In this document: positions 1 through 10,362 of the stretch, one piece after another
Layout: the number at the start of each line of letters is the position of its first letter
Numbering within the stretch: position 1 is the stretch's first letter
NCBI GenBank assembly: GCA_002811645.1
Contig: PDIP01000073.1
Span: 1 to 64,000, forward strand
DNA length: 64,000 bases
Reading direction: 5' to 3'
From: Corallochytrium limacisporum Hawaii
Taxonomy: Eukaryota; Protista; Pluriformea
Notes under the pieces: generated by a model
Seen by the model: the letters and a program-made list of their open reading frames with translations, nothing else
The model's database searches: none
Told to the model about the DNA's origin: nothing
Made by a program: the position numbers and the translations under genes

Positions 1-1369
1 CCTTATATTACGGTGCATGTTTTTAGGCAGATTCCTCCTTAACTTATGGGGCAGAGGTTGGTAGTCAAAACCTTTTCCTTCACATTGGGGTTCAACATGC
101 ATGGAATGGAGCCGGAGAAGCGGGAGTCTATTTTCTATCCCCCAAACTCTCCCGTCCCGCATTGCAAAATGTCGAACGTCCGCATTTGGAGAACCGCCAC
201 TTCCTTATGTCTGGTACTGGCCTTTACGTGGAGACACCCCACCAACACAGACTGTAACGGTACCATCAATCCACAAATAGCGGTGTATTCGCAGAGGGAA
301 CCATATGGAGGACCCCTGAGGCACTTGACACCGCATGCCGCACACCGGACCCGTAACCCTTTATGTAGGCGGCACTTGTCCCGCAGTGTCCCCGATGGCC
401 CTAGCGGAAGCAAAAGAGAAACCCCCCAGAGGGGCGTGTTGGATCTAACGAAGGACCCGGTGTTCTGTTGGGTACTGAAAGTGCAGTCCATCCGTGGTCC
501 CCCTCGCGTGCGAAAAATAGGAACCAAGGGGAGCGAATTAAATGTACTGCAGAGCAGCCGCGCTGTTTTGGGAACGTCTCTTGGTCTGGCGTGCTCTGCG
601 TCAAATGCACCGCAAGGAGAACTTCCTGTATGTCTAGCAATGTGCCCCCCCGCGGGGGGGGGGGCACCCTCGAGAGAATCGACCCAATTTGAATTGCTGA
701 CGGACGGTTGCGTACAGAACGGCCCCCTGGCTCCCCTTAACCTTTGCTAGCGCATGATTCCCGTCACACATTCCTGGCTGTTCCGGCCTTCCTTTTGCTC
801 GGTCTGCTGTTACGGTTTGGTGTCGGTTGTATGCCTATGTGACATTTTCCCAATCAGCGAACGAAACTGTCAGCGGCCCTGGTTTGACAGCCATAAGACT
901 TGCGGGTGAGAGAGCTCGGTATCAAAGTAGGGCCAGAGTGCAAGTCACACCCGTCCCTCCACCACGCACACGCACACGCACTCAAGAACCACAGCATTGA
1001 TCTGTATCATTTCTATTAGGTCACCGTATGTGCCATGAGCGAGGGGGGTGACTATCCGGTCATGTGGTCTGCTTCAACGGTGGGGAGTGTTTGTATAGGT
1101 GGTCCTCTTAATCTCGTCTCATCCACTCCATCTTAGTTCCGGAAGGTCAGCACGGTTCGGGTTTCCTGTGTTCAGTGGGAAAGTGGTCTGTCAAGTGTTT
1201 TCTGTTTGCCGAAAAGTGTGTAGGCTCGGACTACGTTTCATGTATAGGAGATCTGAAGTGATATAAGAGACTGGCAACCACAGCATGTGTACGGTTCATA
1301 CATTACAAGTCAATATTCATAGAACTGCCAAGGGTTAGTTCAATACTCAAACAGAAAAGTACAATCACA

Positions 1370-2302
1370 ATGGCTACCAACGCAAACGGTGTCCACGCCA
1401 ACGGCAACGCCGCCCCTTCTGCCCTTGAGGGTTCCTTTCGCGTGAAGGCCGGCCACGCCCAGATGCTGAAGGGTGGTGTCATTATGGACGTCATCAATGC
1501 CGAGCAGGCTCGCATTGCCGAAGAGGCTGGTGCTGTCGCCGTGATGGCTCTGGAGCGTGTGCCTGCTGACATTCGCAAGGATGGCGGTGTTGCACGCATG
1601 TCTGACCCCGCAATGGTTAAGGGTATTATCGATGTGTGTTCTCTACCCGTCATGGCCAAGGCTCGCATCGGTCACTTTGTCGAGGCACAGATCCTTCAGG
1701 CCCTCGGCTGTGACTACATCGACGAGTCTGAGGTGCTAACGCCCGCAGACGAGGAGAATCACATTGACAAGAACGCCTTCAAGGTGCCCTTCGTTTGCGG
1801 CGCTAAGGATTTGGGAGAAGCACTTCGCCGCATCAACGAGGGCGCTGCGATGATCCGCACCAAGGGAGAGGCCGGTACCGGTAACGTCGTGGAGGCTGTG
1901 CGCCACCAGCGCCGTATGTGGTCGGATATCCGCAAGGCCCAACTCATGACCAAGGAAGAGCTGTACCGCTACGCCAAGGAGCTTGGTGCCCCCTACCACC
2001 TGCTGGAGGAGACTGCTAAGCTCGGCCGTCTGCCCGTGGTCAACTTCGCCGCCGGTGGCATTGCCACTCCGGCCGACGCCGCCTTGATGATGCAGATGGG
2101 ATGCGATGGTGTGTTTGTGGGCTCAGGTATCTTCAAGTCCGGCAACCCTGCCCAGCGTGCCCGCGCCATTGTGCAGGCCACTACCTACTACAAGGACCCC
2201 GTCAAGCTGGCTGAGGTTTCTGAGGGTCTTGGTGAGGCCATGGTTGGTATCAACTGTGACGAACTGACACCTGACCAACAGTTCGCTAAGCGCGGATGGT
2301 AA
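1370..2302 (+). CDS. PDX1: Pyridoxal 5'-phosphate synthase subunit PDX1/SNZ/PdxS
   Basis: 310-aa ORF with [62 protein letters not shown] and [10 protein letters not shown] motifs; C-terminus RGW. Confidence 0.97.
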   Translation: MATNANGVHANGNAAPSALEGSFRVKAGHAQMLKGGVIMDVINAEQARIAEEAGAVAVMALERVPADIRKDGGVARMSDPAMVKGIIDVCSLPVMAKARIGHFVEAQILQALGCDYIDESEVLTPADEENHIDKNAFKVPFVCGAKDLGEALRRINEGAAMIRTKGEAGTGNVVEAVRHQRRMWSDIRKAQLMTKEELYRYAKELGAPYHLLEETAKLGRLPVVNFAAGGIATPADAALMMQMGCDGVFVGSGIFKSGNPAQRARAIVQATTYYKDPVKLAEVSEGLGEAMVGINCDELTPDQQFAKRGW

Positions 2303-2802
2303 AGACTCGAATCGGTATCGCTTGGAACTCAAGGACAGGACACAAAACAGCAAGAACGGGTGATTTGGCTAATGGTCGACACATGGCAAACTGAGAGCAA
2401 ATGGGAGAAGTCCCAGTGGTCTACGGGAACAGATATTTGGCCGTGATCTTTGGGGATGCCATGCATAGCTTGTTTCAGGGAGCTGGTGGTCATGGGTTGA
2501 TTGTATACTCTGCACTCCCTCATCGCGAGCAAGACACTCCGCAGATCATAAAGAAACAGAGGCCGAGTTTTGGGTGACAGACATAACCTCCATGTCTCTG
2601 TATGCAGTGGTACCTTGTCAGTCAAGCATCATCAACCATGATCTATATAATTTTTAGTGCATAGCAGTCGCGTAAATATACAGCATCTTATGAAAGCAAC
2701 ATGATTACCATAACCACACACAGCCACCTCCCTCACTGGCCCTCTCGCTTTTGTTTTGATGACTCCGCCCTCCCGCGGGGACCCGTCCCACCGATCGGTT
2801 TC

Positions 2803-2889
2803 GTACGGGTTTTTGCGGCTCTGGCTGTGCACGCACAGTGACGGGTATTCGAGAGCAATGCTCTGGTTACGCTTGGGTTTACTAACTAG
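2803..2889 (+). other. Predicted 5'UTR intron pair of GSKIP: 2803-2838 (36 nt), 6-nt exon TGACGG, 2845-2889 (45 nt)
   Basis: GTACGG...CACAG, then GTATTC...TACTAAC-TAG with a perfect branch-point heptamer at 2880-2886; ends 50 nt upstream of the ATG. Confidence 0.55.
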
Positions 2890-2939
2890 AGTCCAAAACA
2901 CAATCAAGATAATTGGAGGCAGGGATGTAGAGATTGCTA

Positions 2940-3329
2940 ATGTCCTTTGCGAATCCAGACGGTCTCGAGGAGCCGAACAATGCTGCGCACGAAATTGCTG
3001 AGATTGTGAGAGAGTTTTCGCAATATGCGCGCAGCATTGACGTCGTGGATCAGACACCCGAAGAGACGCCACTGATTAGTGTGACTACTTTGGAAGGAGA
3101 TATATGGGCTTTGCACGTTGAGAAAAGCGGTTTCCATGTGGATCCGACTCAGTCGCAAACGCTGCCTGTAACGGATGCTGATAGGCTTTTAGCACCTACT
3201 GAGGGTGCGTTTGACAGCTTCAGTGCCTTTTTAGACACGGTCAGCCCAGCCTACAGGCAACGATTTGCTGCACACCTGGCGTCGAAACTGTCTTATTTGC
3301 AACAAGATCAGGAAGGAGAAAATCGGTAA
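2940..3329 (+). CDS. GSKIP: GSK3-beta interaction protein (DUF727 family)
   Basis: ISVTTLEG...SGFHV and FDSFSAFLDTVSPAYRQRFAAHLASKL resemble the GSKIP family pattern; first ATG at 2940 (the ORF-track start at 2934 is TTG). Confidence 0.85.
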   Translation: MSFANPDGLEEPNNAAHEIAEIVREFSQYARSIDVVDQTPEETPLISVTTLEGDIWALHVEKSGFHVDPTQSQTLPVTDADRLLAPTEGAFDSFSAFLDTVSPAYRQRFAAHLASKLSYLQQDQEGENR

Positions 3330-3420
3330 GGTGCGTGATATGCACTAGGAAGGTAAAGGTAGTATTTGTAGCGAATAATACATGTTTTAATAGAGGTATT
3401 GTAAAGTAAGGTTTGTTTCT

Positions 3421-6400
3421 TTAAAACGGAGTAATAGAAGCTCCAATGTTGCTCATGCGAGACACAAGTTGTGAAAACTCAGACTGCGGCTTCGACAAAA
3501 GCATGCCGGGCGCATCGTACTCTATCATGGATCCATTGCCCATGACCAGTATACGATCGTAGTCAAGGATGGTATCCAAACGGTGCGCAATGGTAATCAC
3601 CGTGCTCTCCGCGAAGGCGGTGCGGATAATTTCCTGGATCTTCGCATCGGTGGCCGGATCGACGGTCGCAGTCGCCTCGTCCATTATGAGAATCTTGCAC
3701 TTTTGCGCTAGAGCACGGGCCATGCAGATCAACTGGCGCTGGCCATGACTGTAATTCTCACCATCCTCTGATACTTCAGCTGTAAGGCCCCCTTCTCTAG
3801 CAGCGATGACCTTATCCAACTGCGCGACGCGGAGAGCTTCCCACAATTCGGCATCCGTGTGCTCATCAAAGGGATCCAAATTATAGCGCACGGTACCCAT
3901 AAAAAGAGCCGGATCTTGCGGAATGATGCCAATGCGGCGGCGCAGCGTTTCCAATGCCACATCACGGATGTTCACTCCGTCGATAATAATGTCACCGTTG
4001 CACAGATCGATCATGCGGAATAGTCCAAGGGTCAACGTAGACTTGCCGGAACCAGTCCGACCACAGACGCCCACCTTCTCAGTCGATGCAATTGTCATGG
4101 AAAGGTTCCGCACCGCAGGATCCAGTTCTTTCCGGTACCTCAAGGAAAGGTCCTTAAACTCGATCCTGCCCTGATTTGGCCAATTTTCAGGCAACTGGCT
4201 TTCCTTTAGGCCTTCTTGCTGCTCGACATCCATGTCTCGGTACTCCACTACACGCTCAACGGCGTTCATGTGCATCTCTGTGTCTGTCCAGGAGCGGATC
4301 AGCCAGTTGAGAATGGACGTAACCTGCAAAGCATATGCCATAGCAAAGCCAACGTCGGACGGCGATGTGGAGTCGGCGAGGATCACCACACAAATAGCCG
4401 AGCTGAACACGACAGTAGCACCGATCAGGTCAAGGCGGGTTCCGAGCCAGCGATTGGCCGTATTCAAAAACAGAAAGGCAGTGGTGTTTACATCTACCTT
4501 GGTGTGGAAATTGGTGATCGCCTCACGCTCGACATGGTAGGCCCGCACCGTGGACAGTCCATCCACTGTCTCACTGAATTGCGAGAAGAAGGGTGACCGA
4601 GTAACCGAATCCAGGCGCTGAAGTTCGCGGGAAGTGTGCCGGAAGAATTTTTGAATCTTGAAGTACACATAGCTCAGGGGTACCATCGCAATGAGGAAGA
4701 AGGGTGCGATCACGGCGTTGACCACTATGGCTGCCAACACCTGCAGTGTCTGACGCAAGAAGTTTTCAGCAGTTTCCATCAGCTTCTGGTCGATCAGATT
4801 CGTGTCGGCACTGAAGCGATTCATAATGCGGCCCATTGGTGTAGAGTCGAAGAAGACCATGGGTCCACGTACAATAGATGCAAGTAGGTCAGCGTGCAGT
4901 TTGCGAGACGCTCGACGGCTACCAAAGGCAGCGGTGCTAGTACCAAGTAGGAGGAAGATCATGGTTGTTAAACTGAGCAGTCCGTATCCCATGATGTAGT
5001 AGTCAGTATCCCTATCTGGATCCTCGCTGGATATGTCGTCACTCCAAATGGTCAGCCAGAAGTCGGTGGCCACTTGAGCGCAACGCGAAACCACAAAGAA
5101 GGCAAAGATGGCACCCATCATAGCAAAGCCCATAGCGGCGGTATAGCTGAGGTAGTAGCGCAGGCGCACAACTCCTTCTTCCTTGGATTCCTCCTTAATC
5201 AGTTTGCCATCCCCATTTTGCGTCTTGGTAAGTCCACCAGTAGCAGCCTTGGCGCGGTCCGAATCTGACCAGTGCTGGGTCTCCTGCGACGTTGCGTCGC
5301 TGGGATTGCTCAGAGAGGGAGGTGAGTTCTCCTCATCGGCCACCTCAAGTATCTCATCAGCTGTTTCATTTGCTTCAATCACTGGGGTCATCGGGTGCGG
5401 CGGAGACGGTGGACGAGGAGCCTCCAGTGAGTTCTTCTCCTCGCCACCGTCCTCTTCGCCCATATACTGCTGGAGATCGGTAGGACCTCGAAGCAATTCA
5501 TGATAGTTGCCCTGCAGCTTCATCATACCATCCTCAAGTACGGAAATATGTGCAGCGTGCTCTAGAGTCCAGAGTTGATGTGTCACCAACACAACGGTTT
5601 TCCCCCGCCTCACCAATTCGAGGACTCCGTTCATAAACACATCACGACCAACGTGGGCATCAAGGGCACTCAGAGGATCGTCCAATAGGTAGACATCGGC
5701 ATCAAAGTAGAAGGCACGGGCCAAAGCAACCCTCTGCTTCTGTCCGCCGCTGAGGTTGATACCGCGCTCTCCAATCTCGGTCTCTTCCCCCGCTGGGAAG
5801 GTCTCAATGTCCGGCCCTAGACCAGACATCTCAATTGCCTGACGATAACGATTTTCATCCATGGACTCGCCAAAAAGAATGTTCTTCCGGATGGTGGCAT
5901 TGCGGATCCAGGCCTTCTGTGCGCAGTAAGCAACACTCAACTTCGGAAAGACGTTCAGAGGTTTGTAGTCTCCCTCAGCCGTCTGGCGTACCTCTCCCAC
6001 CAAGGCAAGAAGTAGACTACTCTTGCCAGCGCCAACAGTTCCGATGATGATATTTAAAGAGTTCATGTGAAGCCGGATGTCAACATCCGTCAGTGTGATC
6101 TCCGGTCCACGGACCACTGAGGAACTACTGGAATTTTGTTGACTGGTAAAGGTACCATCCAAATCCGGCTGATCCCAGGCAAAGGATCTTCTTCCTAAAT
6201 CGATAATGCCCGGTTCCTTTCGCGTATTGATGTCAACAAGCTCAGGTTCAGGGAGATCGTCGATTAGATAGTATTTGCGCAACCTTTCTGCGCTCACTCG
6301 AGCCTCCATTGTGGCCTTGAAAGTCATGGGAAGCACGAAGAGAGGAGCTTGCAGCAACTGTATCAGTGCAAGAGAAGTGAAAGCGCGGGTGGCCGTCAAT

Positions 6401-8208
6401 TCCTCATCAGAAAGGGCAGTAAAGGCACCGAAGCTGACCAATGTGACCAGGGTAGGGGCGGTGGCCATGATGAATACATTAAAGGCATTCAGCAGCATTC
6501 CTTTCATCAATTGCTTGAGTTCACGTTCACGTGCTTCCGTTATCTTCATCTCGAAGGGCAACTCCCATCCCTGGAGCTTGATTATCTTGATGCTCTGCAA
6601 GAGTTCGTTTGTGAGCTTCAGGCGCACATCAGTGAAAGCCAATGCTGCTTTCTGCAAAACACCAATCTGTGCCGCCACACGCATTTGAATTGGTATCAGG
6701 GCAACGACGACCAGCGCACCAATAAAGCCAGCCACGCCAATTTGTGAGTAGAGCAGTATGATCGTGATCGTCGCCTGCAGAGGTGCTGCCCACAGATAGT
6801 GGACAAAGTAGAAGAGAAACATGACCTTGATTGGATCAATGCTCAAATGATTAATCATCTCACCACCTGTGACAATCTTACCTTTGGAATACAGCGGCAC
6901 ACGCAATGCTTTCCGGAATACCATGCTCTGCAATGCCTCCCGCTGCCGGATACCCTCACGAATCACGAGATGGTGATGTTGCTGGTACAGCAGATTCTGG
7001 CTTGACGCAGCGATGAACAGCGTACACGCCATTACGTAGCCATTGCCGAAAAAGTCTTCCACACTTAAGTCCTGAGCTGGCGCGGAGGCATCCACCGTAA
7101 TGGGATTGTCGCTCTGCAATTCTTCGGCATACTGTACAATCTGATTGATGGCCAAGGGTCCCACAAAAGCGAGCATGTCACCGATAAATTTGCAGATACC
7201 TGCCACAGTCATGTACTTCTTGCTGGTTTGCCACATAGAAACCCAAAGAGACGCATTCTCTTGCGGATCTGGTTTGCTTGTCTGCTTATCCCATTCAGCT
7301 TTCAGGCCATCGTACCGAACTTCGCTGCGGTCAACAGTGGGCAAGCGACCCAAATCCTCACTTGCCAAGATCTTTTTGCTACCCGCACGCACTACGGGAT
7401 AAATCCACCAGAAGACCGATCTGTTGAAGATGGTCACCTTCTGGTCAAAGTATCGGAGAGGCCCGGTGTATGCCGATGGCATAGTCATTTCATCTGCTAG
7501 CTGTGCCTTGTCGGTGGACTTTCTAATGCTATTTCGCCCGCTAACACCGAAGTGTGTGTCTGCCTCTGCCTGTTCAAGCGCTGCCGCCTCGTCTTCGTAC
7601 GTCGGGTGCATCATGGTGAAGTATTCGAGAATCAGGACAATGCCCAACAAACCCATGTAAGCCACTTCGACTCCAAACAAGAACTGCAAAGGGTTGGCAT
7701 CACTCTCCATCACAACTCTATTGCGAACTTGCAGACACTGTGCCGCCAATGAGAATCCCCAAAAGAGCCCAAGAGGCACTCGATGGTTAACACTTACACC
7801 CCAGAATTCCAGCATACGATCGTACCGAAGAGAAACCATATGCAGTACAATTATCAGCGTGTATGCCAGTGGTGCAGAAATTCGCCCGGCGATTCCATTC
7901 TCAGCGCTAAAAATAACTTCGTACCCTGCCAGCAAGGACAAGTTGCAAAGGATCATTAGAGTGACCAAAACATATCTCCCTACGTTGAAGCTCTGGAGCA
8001 CAACCTGATCCAGTGGCTTCTTTTCACACTGCCGTAGGTACATGAAATAGTTGTATGCAATTGTGATGATCAGAAGCGACCCAGGAATTCCTAATTTCAT
8101 GATAGATTCGGTAAAGCACGGAGTGAGAACCCAAGTTTCATCCCCGTCCGATTCAACGAAAGACACCTTGGGACCCCATCCCATGGGGCCGCAAAAGTCT
8201 CTGGTCAT
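3421..8208 (-). CDS. Long-form ABCC transporter (TMD0-TMD1-NBD1-TMD2-NBD2), sulfonylurea-receptor (ABCC8/9)-like
   Basis: Walker A GTVGAGKS and GRTGSGKS; signatures LSGGQ and YSHGQ; Walker B LLDD and IMDE. First ATG at 8208 gives MTRDFCG, typical of a TMD0 start. 1595 aa. Candidate 44-nt 5'UTR intron at 8258-8301 (GTGAGT...CTAG). Confidence 0.92.
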   Translation of the reverse strand: MTRDFCGPMGWGPKVSFVESDGDETWVLTPCFTESIMKLGIPGSLLIITIAYNYFMYLRQCEKKPLDQVVLQSFNVGRYVLVTLMILCNLSLLAGYEVIFSAENGIAGRISAPLAYTLIIVLHMVSLRYDRMLEFWGVSVNHRVPLGLFWGFSLAAQCLQVRNRVVMESDANPLQFLFGVEVAYMGLLGIVLILEYFTMMHPTYEDEAAALEQAEADTHFGVSGRNSIRKSTDKAQLADEMTMPSAYTGPLRYFDQKVTIFNRSVFWWIYPVVRAGSKKILASEDLGRLPTVDRSEVRYDGLKAEWDKQTSKPDPQENASLWVSMWQTSKKYMTVAGICKFIGDMLAFVGPLAINQIVQYAEELQSDNPITVDASAPAQDLSVEDFFGNGYVMACTLFIAASSQNLLYQQHHHLVIREGIRQREALQSMVFRKALRVPLYSKGKIVTGGEMINHLSIDPIKVMFLFYFVHYLWAAPLQATITIILLYSQIGVAGFIGALVVVALIPIQMRVAAQIGVLQKAALAFTDVRLKLTNELLQSIKIIKLQGWELPFEMKITEARERELKQLMKGMLLNAFNVFIMATAPTLVTLVSFGAFTALSDEELTATRAFTSLALIQLLQAPLFVLPMTFKATMEARVSAERLRKYYLIDDLPEPELVDINTRKEPGIIDLGRRSFAWDQPDLDGTFTSQQNSSSSSVVRGPEITLTDVDIRLHMNSLNIIIGTVGAGKSSLLLALVGEVRQTAEGDYKPLNVFPKLSVAYCAQKAWIRNATIRKNILFGESMDENRYRQAIEMSGLGPDIETFPAGEETEIGERGINLSGGQKQRVALARAFYFDADVYLLDDPLSALDAHVGRDVFMNGVLELVRRGKTVVLVTHQLWTLEHAAHISVLEDGMMKLQGNYHELLRGPTDLQQYMGEEDGGEEKNSLEAPRPPSPPHPMTPVIEANETADEILEVADEENSPPSLSNPSDATSQETQHWSDSDRAKAATGGLTKTQNGDGKLIKEESKEEGVVRLRYYLSYTAAMGFAMMGAIFAFFVVSRCAQVATDFWLTIWSDDISSEDPDRDTDYYIMGYGLLSLTTMIFLLLGTSTAAFGSRRASRKLHADLLASIVRGPMVFFDSTPMGRIMNRFSADTNLIDQKLMETAENFLRQTLQVLAAIVVNAVIAPFFLIAMVPLSYVYFKIQKFFRHTSRELQRLDSVTRSPFFSQFSETVDGLSTVRAYHVEREAITNFHTKVDVNTTAFLFLNTANRWLGTRLDLIGATVVFSSAICVVILADSTSPSDVGFAMAYALQVTSILNWLIRSWTDTEMHMNAVERVVEYRDMDVEQQEGLKESQLPENWPNQGRIEFKDLSLRYRKELDPAVRNLSMTIASTEKVGVCGRTGSGKSTLTLGLFRMIDLCNGDIIIDGVNIRDVALETLRRRIGIIPQDPALFMGTVRYNLDPFDEHTDAELWEALRVAQLDKVIAAREGGLTAEVSEDGENYSHGQRQLICMARALAQKCKILIMDEATATVDPATDAKIQEIIRTAFAESTVITIAHRLDTILDYDRILVMGNGSMIEYDAPGMLLSKPQSEFSQLVSRMSNIGASITPF

Positions 8209-10362
8209 ATTCGCGCTCTGAACGTTATCGTCTCGCTTCACATTTTTTCTCCACCTTCTAGATGTGAGAGAACGAACCTTAATACAATCACCTTTACTCA
8301 CTAAAGCGAGTGCTCTTGCAGGCACAGCCGAACCTTGCTCATCAATGATCCACATCCTCCGGTGGATACCATGCTATTCTGGTAGAAATACCAACCCTCT
8401 CGCTCAGACAAGCTCCATTAACACCGCCCTAAACTTCCCACGTACAACACACTGGAATTCTTGTGGACGGTGTGCAGACCATGATGACACCTAATCTCTC
8501 CCGTAAACTGGTGTAGATCCATCCCGTTCCCGTGTGTCTGCGAGGGTCGTCTGTACCAGGGCCTCCCGTGCATGACCGAGGAACAGGTATGACTTTTCCC
8601 TTCCCCCCCCCCGGGGGGGGGTGTGTGTGTGTGTTTCCTCGGGCGGAGCCGATCGAGATAAGATCCCTGCGATAGGTCCTTTTGTTCCCCCGAGGTCTGC
8701 CAGAATAGTCAACATATTAGCCAAAACAGATGCATGGTCGTATCCTATTCATCCTGGTCCTTGCCTGCGCTGGCCCCGTGATTCCTTTCCAGGACCCCCC
8801 GTTAATTTTGCGCAAAAGACTCTGGAACTTTTTCGACCGGCAGCCAGTGCTGCTCGGTACGAGCCTTGGGCGCGCGCCGGTGCACGCTGCCGAAGCCTTG
8901 ATCCGTGCAAAGCGGGGGAACCGAACCCAGGGCGGGGCAGGGCAGGGGTAGTTGAAGGTTGGGGAAGCTTGAGTTTTACCACGCCCCCGCCCTCGTTCTT
9001 CCGTGGAGCGCCGACAATCGCGAGTTCGGTATGGGGCGAGTGCGGTGTTTTTTTCACCCAGAAAATTTCGCGTTCGAACAATTTTTCGGCATTCCCTGCC
9101 CTCCCCGACGACGTCAGGAGCACGGGTTGCTTGGAGTATTACAGTGATACCACGGACGCAGAGAGGGAGAGAGAGAGAGAGTCACCCAAAATTAGAAATA
9201 TTGACAGTCATATCTCCAATATGTTCAGTATGAAAATTAGTAGGAAATATGGTATATCTCTCGAGGTCTTGGACAAAAAGGGGGGGAGGGGGGTTGATCA
9301 TGCCATCTTTTCCGTTTTTGATTCTTTCATAATCGTACCTCTTGGGGCTTCGCGGGGGCTGTCCTTGCCTTAGGCTGTTGGACCCGTTTCCACACTTCCA
9401 CGATTCGCGTGTGCGCCGTGTTCCCTCTCCGTCCGCGCGCCTTCCCTGCAGCAGTCGCCCTGCTGGCTGTGCAAAGGTCAGCAGTGTCTTGTGGCCCCTG
9501 GGAGATCGCCATCTTTAACCATGAAGCACATCCATCAGCACGGCGACTTGGTGTATGCGCTTTCTCTTCTCTTCGGGACGATGCCAAAAAACACCAGGAC
9601 AAAGAGAATTGGGAAGAGCAGGTTCGAGCATTCGGAGGAGTTGGCAGTAGGCACATATGATTCGATGGACTGTGCAATCGCTGGATACGATGATCATTAA
9701 ATTGGGCGGGTTTCGTGGGCCTGTGCGTTGCAGAGAGACCCCACTGAGGAATCAGAATATATTCACCAAATCCAAGATATCTAGATTCTGTGTCGTACCC
9801 CACGGTGGCCGTCCGTACTTTTCCCTGTGGCTGGTTTGGGGGGGAGGGGGAACTCACAAGCCGGGGGTGGCTGTTCCGGCGCTGTTTCCCCTTGCGCTCT
9901 GGTTTCCACTTCGGAGTACTGGGAGACTGCCGCCACACCCGCAGAGATTGGGCAGACTAAGGAAAAAAGTCGGTAGTTTCAGTGTGGATATGGAGGGGGT
10001 CTTCGAATTTTTGGCGCGCCTGGTGAGTAGTTGGCTACCGACGAGAAAATTGGGTTCCTGTTTCGGAGGTCCGATTCCCGCCCCGGGGGGGGGGTGTAGT
10101 GGCTATGGTGATAGTTGAATCGACGAGCGTGCCCAACTGAGAGTCCTGCTGAGACCTGTACATCGTTTCGTACACGACGATTCGCTGCTATTCCATACAG
10201 GCCAGGTACGTAATCAGACTATGTGAGCAAAAGTCCTTGTATTGAATGATATGAGTGACGATTCACGGCGGTAGAAAGGAAAGAGAAGGCTAGGATAGTA
10301 AGTTTAACGATCAGACTGCAGAGTCCTTTTCACATAACATTTAGATCTAACGGACAAACACC

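Noticed and set aside
46-750. 234-aa ORF and overlapping small ORFs
   Set aside because: No recognisable motifs; runs through a C/G homopolymer palindrome; likely spurious
780-1369. TPP or other riboswitch in the PDX1 leader
   Set aside because: No TPP aptamer core motifs found in the right order
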